A stretch of DNA of 59,146 nucleotides, the filler included, from Sphacelaria rigidula (lineage: Eukaryota): assembly GCA_964200075.2 (NCBI GenBank). It is 10 parts of 10 records of this genome, joined end to end, with 100 filler letters (N's around TTAATTAATTAA, not from the genome) between each part and the next. Parts side by side here need not be neighbours in the genome. Positions count along the whole stretch, not along the records: positions 35,551 to 41,374 come from CAXNAA020024174.1; positions 41,475 to 47,298 come from CAXNAA020024175.1; 8 more parts are not named here. One strand, given 5' to 3'. Of this stretch, positions 36,012 through 47,398 are shown piece by piece. The notes under the pieces are model-generated. The model was not told where the DNA came from. It ran no database searches and was given only the letters and a program-made list of their open reading frames with translations. Position 1 is the first letter of the stretch, and every line of letters begins with the position of its first letter. The translations under genes and the position numbers were made by a program.

Positions 36012-36279
36012 TACACTTTCTTTGTATGACAGCGCCCCCTCTTAAGTGCCTGGTTTGAGGAGGCAAAATCTTCACTTACTTGATGAATCAAAATGGAAAA
36101 AACCGAGCACAACGAACAGCTGGGAATTTCTTACGCTTGAGTTCGTTTTCGTCGATGTCGCCCATTTGAAGTGCTTCGCATTCAGCCTGTACCCGAACAT
36201 CAGGCACTGTATGACAATTTTTTTCGTGACCCTTTAGAAGAGCTGTTTTTTGGGGGGGGGAGCTATTGTAGAAAATGTC
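36012..36279 (-). mobile_element. MITE of the GACACTTT-TIR family in an intron
   Basis: Homologous to 41475-41584 and, inverted, to 45410-45654 (CAGCCTG.ACCCGAACATC; GGGGGG.CTAT.GTAGAAA.TGTC). Confidence 0.65.
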
Positions 36280-36620
36280 GATAGGTTATGTGGTGATGAC
36301 TGAGCACCAATATGAGGAGTGTATTGTTCGGGTGCCTGTTGCATCTGTGTGTCAAGTAGTGCCAGTGCGCTTGGCTGCTCGTTCGATACATTCAAGTAGA
36401 TTTAGAATCGAAACGAAACGCCCGCACTAACAAAGCGAAACGAAACGCCCACCACCAGAATATCCTCACCAGAGCGCCCACCCTCTTGCCTCTTTTCTCG
36501 GGACCGTACATTTCAGCAGTGGTTTTAGAAGAAAGCACAGCAAGCTGTGTAAAGTAGCCCGAATAAGTTATCGCTTGGATTATCAACGTAAACTGCTGAA
36601 CGTGGATATTCGTCGTTCAA

Positions 36621-37080
36621 CACGGGATTTTACAAATTGGGGATGGATTTCTTTTCGAGGATGAGAACCCAAGAATTCAAATCTTTGTATCCACACCGAA
36701 CCTTCGAAACATCGTTCTACTCCTTCACCTACTGGTGCCTACTGGCAACTTACTACTACACGCCGTACAAATTTGTACAATGATGGCCGACATGTTGGGA
36801 CCCAACAACATGATGACCAAGACGAAGAAAAAAATGGGGGAATTTAGATGATCCGATCGGATCGCCGAAGTTCCCCGAAATTGGTTGCTCACCTAGGACC
36901 CCAACATTTCTGCTATCGAAATCCAAATTTGTATGGCGTGTAGTTTTGTCAATATAGCTACCAGCAAGAAGTGGAACCGTATTTCGAAGATTTGGTGTTG
37001 ATACTGTACGAAGATCTTAATTATCCGGGTCTCTCATTCTCATGAAAAACCCACCCCACATTTATTTGTTAAACTCCGTG
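36621..37080. mobile_element. Fold-back MITE (CACGG/CCGTG termini) in an intron
   Basis: CACGGGATTTTACAAATTGGGG...TATCCACACCGAACCTTCGAAA is mirrored by TTTCGAAGATTTGGTG...CCCCACATT..CTCCGTG. Confidence 0.8.
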
Positions 37081-37684
37081 TGTTTGCAAAATCCGATGTG
37101 ACGTCCTGACTAGTACTTCTCGATATTGAATTTACGCTTCATGGTGATGCATCGACTCTCGTACGCATCCACCCGGATGGGATTGTTTTGGGTAATACTT
37201 TCGAAAACTTAGCCATATACTTGCTGTTGTTTCCGTATGTCGCAGCAGTAGCCGCTGCGAGGGTGCATTTTTACACAACATGATGATGGTGTAATGGCAA
37301 ACGGCGAAAACAATGTATAGACACAGTGCGGCAGTACGTTACGTTTGACTTGGCTAGGCCGCCACAAGAAGCGTTCCATATGTTTCTCACATAAACAGAC
37401 TGGTCGTATCAATAACAGTTCGACCTTAATCTTCAAGTATGCTATATTTGACGCTGTATGAGGATTCGAGCAGACTTGTATGTAAAAGCACAGCCTAACT
37501 AGACCATTTAAGCAATGAAGCGGTAAAAGAACGTTAACATCATTCAGCTACTACTTGGAACCACAGTAACGGCATGGGGTAAGATAGCCTGTAAAGTATT
37601 GTCTCCGCGTGTGCGCACTTTGGCATCGACTGATGTCCTTGACGCTGTATCGCCGTTGTGTTTTTTTGCTTTTGCTCTCTCCAG

Positions 37685-37844
37685 TGGGATTACGACGACG
37701 GTCACGGAAACAGCGCTGGGCGCTTCATGATCGACCTATATAAAGTCGACGAAAACGCGCAAAGCGATTCGTCCCAGATCGGCGACTGCGGCGTTTGGCA
37801 GACATCCATCTGTGACAAGCCCGAAGCAGGCTGCCATGATACCA
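37685..37844 (+). CDS. Exon B of the same Ig-fold protein
   Basis: Polypyrimidine-CCAG|TGG acceptor. WDYDDGHGNSAGRFMIDLYKV...CGVWQTSICDKPEAGCHDT. Phase-1 donor A|GTGAGT. Continues exon A as ..EYTVE-WDY. Confidence 0.85.
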
Positions 37845-38158
37845 GTGAGTATATTCTTCGCTCTCCTCGATCAACCATGCATGTTGCACGGGAAAATCGA
37901 CGACTGATGTATCTCGTCGCCCTTGAGAGAAAATGAAACTCCCGATTCGTGTCCCCACGAGACGGTCGGGTGTTGGGTGGCAACCCATCGACTTCGAAAG
38001 TATCCATATTTGTCTGTGCAATGCCGTCTGGGGGCCTTCGGCGGAATGATATTCGTTTATCCATAACCCTGCGGTAGATACCTCTCAGCGTGACGCAGGC
38101 TCACCTCTCCTTCGCTGCATTTTTTCCACATCTCTTTTTGTCCTGAACTGTGGAGCAG

Positions 38159-38313
38159 GCGGAGACTACGACGTGGTCATTCCAGAGGACGCGGAAGCTG
38201 GCTTTTACAGCATCCGCGTTGGCCCGATCAATGATGAATCGGTATATGATTGCTCAGACAGCTTCGAGATCCTGGATGCTGAAGCGACCGACAACTCAAT
38301 CTTTGCTTACTGA
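38159..38313 (+). CDS. Exon C (terminal) of the same Ig-fold protein
   Basis: GCAG|GC completes the AGC codon. GDYDVVIPEDAEAGFYSIRVGPINDESVYDCSDSFEILDAEATDNSIFAY-TGA parallels GGYEVLMPE..YRVRI..DSEDFHL of exon A. Confidence 0.85.
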
Positions 38314-39994
38314 TGAAGCGTAAATATCCCATTCAAGCGATCCGCAACTTTCCCCAAGTGCGGGGAATCTGCCAAGATGTGGTCGCTGTTTTTGCCGTCT
38401 TCTTGCTGATGCTGATTGAAAGGAAAACCCACAACCCCGGGGGGGAGAGGAGGTCAAGTGTGTATTGAGAAGATGCCTGATCTATTACATCGTCTGCTTT
38501 TCATGGAGATAAGCGATCGTCGTCGGGGTATTCGGTTGGCGGCCTGCATTTTTTTTCCTCACCGCGAAAAAAATGGATACTGTTTTGTTGCGTATTGCGT
38601 GCATCGTGGTGGTGAATTTGATTTTCGAATATTCATGCATTGATTTGTTTCCTCGGTGTGTGCGTCTCTGTAGTATGCTGTTTAACATGCATTATAATTT
38701 TGAGTTTTGAATCTTATATATATATATATATATATATATCCTCGTTTCAGGTATTTTGTGGTGCTGTTGTTTCTCGATTTTGGCATGGCGTGTGGCTCTG
38801 TAATACTCGGTGAGGTCAACCTTCGGGTGGTGCTCTGTTCTCTTCCTCGAGTACGACTATATCCCCAGTCTCTAGACTTTTCGGGGTAGGTTGCCAGTTT
38901 TCAGTGGTGCCATTCGTTAAATGGTGAGACCGTTGTCGTCGTCAGCCAACAATTGTAGGGAGTTGAGAGCATGGGTTGTGAAATTGGTCGTCACCATCGT
39001 GAAGTTCAGAGATCCGAGTATTATTCCAGAAGAGCTGTGCGCGTGTTTCTTACTGCTAGGAGATCAGCTGAAGTTCTGGCTAGTCGTCTCTTCTGTGTCG
39101 TGGAGAACACTGTCGAGTATTCTGTAAAACATTTTTCTTTGTGATTCGCCATCTTTAATATGCTTCACGTGCAATACAAGCAACAGTGTCCTGTTGTGTA
39201 TGGGATACTATGGGTGTGTTGTGGTGCTTGTCGACCCCTGTGTGATAGGTTCAAACGTTGCTACAGTGTAGGGATAGCAAGGGGCGGTATTATTGGAGAG
39301 ATGGGCCTACGTCTTTGACCACGGGTTCAAGAGATTGGACCAATGTGCGAAAATAATGTGATTATAAACTATAATATAGTAGCGCGCGCAGGAGGGGCAG
39401 GGTCGAGAGATTGTGAGGGTGCGTTTTGTCTTGCGTTGCATGAAGAAAGATGGCCACACGGCAGGAGAATGGTTGAACGCAGTCAGCAGAGTAAGGGGGA
39501 TGTTGATGGCACTTCTTCCTGGAGTGATTTCGAGATAGCCTTCCCCAGAAGAGTGGCTGGTTTGAGGAGGCAACATGAGAATCAAAGTGACAAGAGCCGA
39601 GCACGGCGAGCAGCTGAAAACTTTCACTGTTGAGATCGTTTACATCGTGTAATGTATGTGTACAGTAGTCAGAATCAGAACTCTTCGGAATTCGCCATTT
39701 TTTTTACTTACTTGGAGGTTTTCAATTTTTTTTTCGCTTGCCACTGCTCATTACGGTGAATGTTGGATGCCAAAAAATAGGGATCTGGAGATATGATTAT
39801 CCTCTTGACAAGTATCGGAAGAAGAAAAATCTGCGATCAATATTGAGTGAATTACGGGCTTGACCGATCTTCGGGGGTCTTGCGATAGTGCAACCCTACG
39901 TTATAGCTTTTCGGTCTTTTCGGTGAACCGCCTCGACCCCGATCATGTACGTGAATACTGTACGTACATTTTTTTTCTTTGAAATTCCACCAAT

Positions 39995-40515
39995 TCACTG
40001 CGCCAGAGCCGGAAAACTATGTGTTTCTTGGACCATTCGCGGTCAGTTTCCCCTTCGTGATAGACGGGGTCCTTTCTCCGTATCGCCCCCACAACACCAA
40101 CTTGGGCATTGTGAAATGAATACGGTCAAGCTTATTTTGCCAAAAATAACTGACGCGAGCACTTTCGAGTGCTCATGGAGAATTGTAAACGGAACCCCCC
40201 GAAAATAAGGCGTCCACAGAAAATGCTGGACTGAGGTCTGTGCAGTATATGGGGGAAAGACGATATTGATCATTATTTTTAATCGTTATTTTGAAGAATG
40301 GTATGCATATTCATTTATGTGAACATTCATTGTTTCGTTGCGAAAGAGCCGGGAAACTGTTTGTACTTCACCGAAAACGGTCAACAACACCCTCCTGATA
40401 AACGGGATATCTAGTCCGTATCACCCCTGAAACACAAACTTGGGCACTGTGGTTTGAGCGCGGCCTATGCTTTCCCCCTTAATCTACCGACGCTGGCACT
40501 TTCAAGTACTACTAA
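39995..40515. repeat. Diverged tandem duplication, unit about 340 bp
   Basis: AGAGCCGG.AAACT..TCCGTATC.CCCC..AACTTGGGCA.TGTG..GACGC..GCACTTTC.AGT at about 40004-40172 and about 40345-40510. Confidence 0.65.
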
Positions 40516-41374
40516 TAATGAAGAATAGTACTCGCGGGAAACTCAAAAAGTGTAGCAACTACAAATTCGGCATACTTCTTACGCTTGCCATAGTGATGGG
40601 GTATAGCTTATGCATTGGCTGGGGTCTTTCAGTATGAGTGCCAGGGGATATCATGGTTTCAGCTCGCCAAGCTCCCAACATGGGCAAAATCATGCAGACC
40701 TTAGCTACCGATCATGCACACAATGCAGCAGTTGTTTTTTCATGTAAACTGCTGGTTGGAGACTCACATGTTGATATCATCATATTATATCTACAAACAG
40801 CTCTCTACTCAGTACAGCCGGGGCGCAGCCATAGGAGCAGAGCGTAGTGATGGTGCCAGAGTAGCAAAAGCAACTAGGTCAGCGACCAAGGCAAAGCCAG
40901 CAAGTGCCAACGGCGGGACCAGCGGCGTCTAGCCGCGCTCAACCCGCAACAATGACAATAACAAATGCGGTAACAACGCGTTACGGAACCCAGGGTCTAC
41001 GAGCAGACCCGCACATCGTGATATCTTGCACAGCATCACTGAGCTTCATCAAACTAGCTCACCCTAGACGAGTCCTTACGCAGTAGAATCAACATCACCT
41101 CGGCACAATGTAATTGCGCCGAGCAAGTTCAAAATTCAACGAGAAAGGCCTCTTCTTCACTCGTAAAAACATGATTCGAAGAGAAAAAACAAAATAAATA
41201 TATTTGGTCCCACACCTCTCTCTACGGGCAAGCATCGCTGCGACCCGTCACATGAAACGTTCAATCCACAAGAAAAAACGTTGTATCTACGTGGCACTCA
41301 CTACTTATAACAGCCGGTTTTCGAAAATGGGGTTGGAAAAAAATGAGGTTTAACTCAAAAGCCGTGCTTTCCCT

Positions 41375-41474
41375 NNNNNNNNNNNNNNNNNNNNNNNNNN
41401 NNNNNNNNNNNNNNNNNNTTAATTAATTAANNNNNNNNNNNNNNNNNNNNNNNNNNNNNNNNNNNNNNNNNNNN
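41375..41474. other. Artificial contig-joining spacer
   Basis: N44-TTAATTAATTAA-N44. Confidence 0.99.
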
Positions 41475-42387
41475 CACGCTTGGATTCGTTCTAGCCGATG
41501 TCGCCAATATGAGGCGCTTCGTGCAGCCTGAACCCGAACATCTTAGCTGGTTTTTTGGGGGGGGGGCTATCGTAGAAAGTGTCTCGCAAGGGTCCATTTT
41601 TCGACCTCTCGAGGGACAACCTTACGTACAAGCATACCAGATATATCAAGACTAGCACCGCATGACATAACGACACCCCTCATCGGGGGGCACGCACACT
41701 AGTTTACACACTGAAAACTGAGCCCAACTAAGAAAAGTACTCTCTCGACCGCGGGTCTGAAAGTACATCATAAACCCTTGTCTCGTCCCCAATGGTCCAC
41801 GACATACTAGGCACGACAACGGCGAATGATGGCTACCGAGAAACAAAATGCGAACCCAACAGTATACTCGTCTACCGTCAGCAGGAATAAGGTCGGTTAT
41901 TCGGTCACAGTAGAGAACTGGATACCCGTAAACGGGACAATACAGCCAGTTCAATGAAAACATGGTAAACCAAGACGCCAGTACAGTATCGTAGCGTACA
42001 GGGCGGGAAAGGGTAGTCTTGCACCCCGACTGTACTGTGCTTGTCGTAGCGCTGACAAAATCTCATGAAAAGAATACCTCGATGTCTTGCGATATGCGGA
42101 TTTCTCGGCAGTGCCGAGTCTTGCTTCTCCAGGGACTCAGAGATCGAAAACCTCACCGGTCGGGGAGGGGTGTTGTACCCCGTCGCCGACGGCATTTGCC
42201 CAAAAAAATATTCTGAAATCCATCACCATAACACGAAACGGTACGAGTACAACAGGAAATTCTATAGTGCGGGAAGTGTGCAGTAATCGTACGGTGGGTG
42301 AAATGCAGGTGTCTATGAGCTAGCCTTTACCGGAACATGGAGGAAAGTCAAAATGTTTGCCATTTTATCCGGCAATACCTTGGATTG

Positions 42388-42781
42388 TGGAGCTCGGAAA
42401 TGGTTTGTCTCACCATTAAAGTGGTTGATGGTTATGCGAAGCGCAGCCATTGACCACTCAAGTGGTCCATAATGGTTTGACGAAGCCGCGGGCCGAGAAG
42501 CCCCCCCGGTAGAGGGGGGGGCGCTGTAGGCTCCGTGCCGCAGGCACTTTTTTACGCGATTTGGCTTCACTAGAGCTAAAATTACGTCAAAGTTGGGCCA
42601 ATTTTCAGGGGCTGTATGTAGCATACATAGCCGGTAACCGTTTTGAAAGACGGTAACGGTAAGTCATGATTTGAAGCCATTATCAATTTTTCATATAATC
42701 ATTACCATTTTTACCATTATTACCATTATTACCAATATAATGATGATGGCCAGTTATAAGCGGTACCATTTCCGAGCTCTG
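42388..42781. mobile_element. Putative hAT-like MITE
   Basis: TIR GAGCTCGGAAATGGT / ACCATTTCCGAGCTC with internal ATTACC/GGTAA subrepeats. No TSD seen. Confidence 0.5.
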
Positions 42782-43749
42782 TGTTGCATTGTATACGGGT
42801 ACCCATGTTATCAAAATTGCACCTCCAAATTACACCGCAATTTGGACCGATATCGCCAGTCGGCCGTTACCAGCTATGATGATAACCGTTCGTCTGCTGC
42901 AGGTCCTGATAATCCCGTGGAGAACGGCGGTGTTGCAGACGGGGAAGACCATAGCCGCACGCTCAGACGCTAGAATGATTTCGTGTATTTTTCCTCTTTT
43001 CGACCAGAAGGATCGCAGCAGCCTATGGTAGCATGGTTGAGCCTCCAAAGTTGGGCTGGTGCTCTGATGGGCAACTCCACGGCTTCCGACTTTGCGAGAC
43101 CCTGCCGAAAACTAACACATGCCCCAAATCGACAAGCTAAACTCTGTTTATCGAAGGGCAGCGTAAAAATCTGCACGGTCGTCTGTTAGGCCCTAGTCGA
43201 TGAGGTACGCAGTAGCCGTGCTGACAAAAAATGGACTAAAACAACTTAAGATCATTGCATTACATGCAATTACATGTCGTATATAGTGTGCTTAATCCAT
43301 GCCTGAAATGCCTTACTTGAATAAGGCATTTTGCCGTAGATTCACGTTGGACGTGCCTCAGTTCCTTTCCCGCCCTCTAGCCGTCCTGGCATCCGTTTGA
43401 TCAGCATTGCAACTGAACATTTACCGTTTTTGCTCTCTCTGTCTGTCTGTCTGTCTCTACGCCCTTCTCCTCAGTTTCCTTCTTTTTTTTCTTCTCCTTT
43501 TTTCCCCTCTCGGCTTGTGTTGTTGCTTCTTAGTCTCTCTATTTGTCTTCGTTTTGATATGGTTTGTGTCTGTTTTTGCTTTTCCCTTTTCTGTTTCGTT
43601 ATTTTATCCCAACCCTTTTTGTAGGCTCGTTCTTGGACCTTATCGCCCTTTTAGCCTTTGTCGCGTCGTGTTGCCTTGCCTCTCGTTGTCTTGCCGTACC
43701 TCACCCTGTCCTGACTCGTTCAGAATGCCAAGCACCGGGTATACATATA

Positions 43750-44277
43750 CTTCCTCTGTCCCATAAGTAAAGGGACCTAAATTTTCACGGGCCCTTAACA
43801 ATGTCCGATCGGGTTTTTTCAAATGAAATCTACGGTGTTGTTGGGGTTAAGAAAATGTGTTCAGAAATTTGCAGCTCGTGCTTGAACCATGCCGCCGAAC
43901 AGCTGCAAAAAAAGTGGTCGGCCCCAAAATGGCCGTTCTTCGCCCCTTTCCGAGGGGGAAAAAAGTTTCGAAGAAAAACGTTTTTTTTTTTAATCGCGTG
44001 GGACTCCCTGGCAGCCCCAGTAAAGGCGGGGACGATTAAGAAATACAAAATTACACTTTTTTCTCCCTTTGAAAGGAGCAGAAAGGGGTAAAACGGCCAT
44101 TTTGGGGCCGACCACTTTTTCTGCAGCCGTTCGGCGGCATGGTTCAAGCATGAGCTGCAAATTTTAAACACATTTTCTTAACCCAAAAAACACCGTAGAG
44201 TTTTTTTTTTTTAAACGATCGGACATCGTTAAGGACCCGTACAAATTTAGGTACCTTTACTTATGGGACGGAGGAAG
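43750..44277. mobile_element. Stowaway-like (Tc1/mariner) fold-back MITE with TA TSD
   Basis: TA|CTTCCTCTGTCCCATAAGTAAAGG ... CCTTTACTTATGGGACGGAGGAAG|TA, with arms palindromic over about 190 bp. Confidence 0.88.
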
Positions 44278-44730
44278 TATATATATATATATATATGCAT
44301 GGGTGGGGTGTCTGCGTGTAGTATTCTGGGCTCCGTTACGCCAGTGTGACGTGTTGTGCCATTTTGACGTGTTACTACCACTACCCTCTGCCAGATCCAG
44401 ATGTTCAGAGTTCAGAGCAGTCCTGTTCAGGTGTTCAGAGCTGTTTGGACCCGCGTCCAGTCGAAGGAACACCGATGTGGGCAAGAAAACAGTGTGTTGT
44501 CGATTGGACTCAGCGTTGCGCTTGTCACTGTGGAGAAATTTCTCGTCCCAAAATGATCAAGGATACTATTTTTTCGTGTCCGCATGAGACACACGGCCTC
44601 AAGGAGTCAATGCACGATGTCGACGTCATTATCCGATAATGACCTGAGTACTATCGGGCGTCGTTGTTCCCTTGCATCTGGATGTACAACCAGAGATAGT
44701 TTCGGAATTTATTGACCATCATTCAATGCT

Positions 44731-45127
44731 GCCACACCCTGGCGGTGTAGTGGTCCGATTGTCAAATTGGTGTGAGGGAACGTGGGTTCGATTCCCGATG
44801 CATGTGATGCTACGGTAGGGATGCACAAATATTTTCCGAGGTTAGAACTGTTACGAGTCCTTGATCTCATCCAAAACACGACTTATGAAAATATGTTAGA
44901 GTACGCGAGGATTGCTATTCCAATGTGCTGGGGAGATCCCGAATGAATTTGCAAACGGGGATGCCCTGACCCATATTCTTGTGCATCTAGAACCGTTAGG
45001 CGCCCCTGAACCAGACAAGATTTCGCGCAAAAAGTATACACCCCTACCGTGGCATTGCTCATGCGTTGGGTTTTACTTCGAAGGCTCCAATGTTTTCATG
45101 GTCGGAGGCGTGAGTACGTGAGCAAAC
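44731..45127 (+). mobile_element. tRNA-derived SINE split by a Sola2-like MITE
   Basis: The head with A and B boxes runs to 44801. The tail resumes at 45061 and matches 35385-35450. Confidence 0.75.
44802..45060 (+). mobile_element. Sola2-like MITE, TSD ATGC
   Basis: GTGATGCTACGGTAGGG...CCCCTACCGTGGCATTGCTC, homologous to 56576-56835. ATGC at 44798-44801 and 45061-45064. Confidence 0.8.
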
Positions 45128-45409
45128 AAAAAGTCGTTAACTGAGTTTAAGTCGTTAACTGAGTTTGTTTTGACTAGAGTTGACGCGATGCGGAAGTATT
45201 GGTCATGATCCCTTCTGGGAGACCTAAATACAAGGTGTGTACCTTGTGAGATGTGGGTGGGGCCCTTAAGACCACGGACTCGTCCCGAGAAAGGGGAGGG
45301 GTTCAAAGTGTGACAAACAAGAAATGGCTGTGCAGATGTGCCGATAAGGAAATGCTTTTACGAGTAACGCAGTTCAGTAACAGTGTCGTCAAATCTTACA
45401 GATACATGG

Positions 45410-45654
45410 GACACTTTTTACGATAGCCCCCCCCCAAACCGGCTAAAAGTGTCACGAAAAAAATGGTCATACAGCGCCTGATGTTCGGGTTCAGGCTGCA
45501 TGAAGCGCCTCANNNNNNNNNNAGAACGAACCCAAGCGTGGGAATTCCCAGCTTCTCGTTGTGCCCGGCTTTTCCCATTTCGATTTACGTGAAGATTTTT
45601 GCCTCCCAAAACCATACACTTTTTTTTTTGGGGGGGGGTATCGTAGAAAGTGCC
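45410..45654 (+). mobile_element. MITE with G(A/G)CACTTT(C/T)TACGATA TIRs and 4-bp TSD ATGG; contains a 10-N gap
   Basis: ATGG|GACACTTTTTACGATAGCCCCCCCC ... GGGGGGGGTATCGTAGAAAGTGCC|ATGG. Confidence 0.75.
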
Positions 45655-46091
45655 ATGGCCTTTACCGATACCTAAGACAGACATGGTTCCCTTTACATCA
45701 TCTTTAGTAATACTGGGAAGTTTTATTTTATTTTATTTTATTTTATTTTATTGTAGCACTTTAACTGACCCCTCAGGGATCCAGCCGTGGTCTCATGATA
45801 GACGAAGTTTTGAACTCCAAAGTACATATGTACGTGAGAGCTGTTTGTTTTTCGCAGTGGCACCATAAAACTTTAATGACAATAATTATTCAATTCGCGT
45901 GAAGAACCAGAGCCCCGGACGACTTCGTACGCTCCGCTCCGGACTGAAGACTTGAGAAGAAATGTGTTCTTTCTTTGTACTGTACTTCTTCTCTTCTACA
46001 TTATTTTCTTGTCAGTAGAGTTTGCGCAAACTGATGCGCAAATTCGAGGATTGAATTACTGTATTTATTGATATTTTTTCTCGAAACATAG

Positions 46092-46274
46092 ATTGGACGG
46101 AGTGGAAGCTTGGAACTGGAAGATGACGAGGAATGGGCGGTGGGAGCAAAGGGCGCCGTAACGGCAAGCCAGCGGCAGCGAGATGCGATCGACACAGACG
46201 AGGTGTTTGCTTTGATACGAGACATCAACGACCCGGAGCATCCGCTCACCCTGGAACAGCTCAAGGTCGTCACA
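46092..46274 (+). CDS. CIAO2B: Internal exon of a MIP18/FAM96 family cytosolic Fe-S assembly component
   Basis: CATAG| acceptor and ACA|GTGAGT donor. Signature [30 protein letters not shown]. Confidence 0.9.
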
Positions 46275-46588
46275 GTGAGTACGCCCGCCACCGGAGCAGC
46301 CCTCTTTCAAACTTCGACTGCGATATACACAATCTTTTTCCAATGATGAGTCCGCGTTTATCAGTGCAAATATCTACGAACTTGACTTCAACTCTTTTGG
46401 TACTGAGTACTGTACCTCTAGGCCGACGATTTCGAACCGACGTTTTGTCGTTTAGATTTCGCTCAATTTTTCCCACTTTTTTCATCCACTACTTTCGCCC
46501 AGCGTGCGGGACTGTTTAGACCTGCTGCGCGCGCGTGGGAAGTTCGGAAAATGACACTCCATGCCTGGTCACTGCGTTTTTTTTAGTA

Positions 46589-46700
46589 TGTTGTTGTTGT
46601 TGTTGTTGTTGCTGTCTTCACATTAAAAACCGTTCCGATATCTGCGCGGTACATTCGTACTGGGCATCTGATGCGGACGTCTGTCGTGGTCACAGGCTAG
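46589..46700 (-). mobile_element. Retroposon-like 3' end with (CAA)n tail
   Basis: Minus strand reads ..GCCTGTGACCACG...TTAATGTGAAGACAGCAACAACAACAA. Similar ends at 47399-47466 (+) and 45721-45805 (-). Confidence 0.5.
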
Positions 46701-47237
46701 CAAAAAAATAAGAAGAAGAAAAATACCCAGATTAAAACTCACAAAACGCGATACAAGCAAAACAGGGATAAACAATGAAGAAGAAAGATAGTACATATGG
46801 CCAACCTCAGAAGATCCGGTGCCGCAGGTGGCCATTCGAACTTGAGGGGGTGACACCCGACTGCCCAACTCGACGCGCGACGCCAAGTAGAAATGAACAC
46901 AGGGTCCGACTACTGGCGAGACTCAAGGCCCCAAATACCGCCAACCAAAGAACTAGTTGTACACGCATAAAAGTGCAACACACGTGTCAGTACAAACGGG
47001 TACAGAAGATACTACCACACATTGGACAGCTCATGAACTATCTCGAATATACAAATTAGGAGGACCCTCAGATCCGGTGCCGAAGAACATGAAGTACAGG
47101 ACGGTGGGATCCGAGCAGTCGAAGCGCTTCTCCGCGTGTCCGGCGTCCAGCGCTATAGGAAGCAAATACGGGAAAAGGGGTCGAATGATCTAGCTCATGA
47201 TCAGCACTAGTACGCTGATGAGAAGTAATAGTTAACC

Positions 47238-47298
47238 GCCGCGCCCCGGTGGTGTAATGGTCCGACTGTCGCCATTAGGGTGGAGAGAACGGGGATTC
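47238..47298 (+). mobile_element. tRNA-derived SINE head truncated at a contig end
   Basis: GCCGCGCCCCGGTGGTGTAATGGTCCGACTGTCGCCATTAGGGTGGAGAGAACGGGGATTC. Confidence 0.75.
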
Positions 47299-47398
47299 NN
47301 NNNNNNNNNNNNNNNNNNNNNNNNNNNNNNNNNNNNNNNNNNTTAATTAATTAANNNNNNNNNNNNNNNNNNNNNNNNNNNNNNNNNNNNNNNNNNNN
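47299..47398. other. Artificial contig-joining spacer
   Basis: N44-TTAATTAATTAA-N44. Confidence 0.99.

Noticed and set aside
39180..39630. Possible decayed transposase (also 14002-14358 and 19120-19560)
   Set aside because: Only vague motif resemblance across broken frames; no catalytic motif could be established.
40809..40928. Possible minus-strand terminal exon (TPLVPPLALAGFALVADL...)
   Set aside because: Short, with a weak acceptor context and no recognisable family.
43397..43770. Hydrophobic F/L/S-rich ORFs
   Set aside because: Translations of a pyrimidine-rich low-complexity tract.
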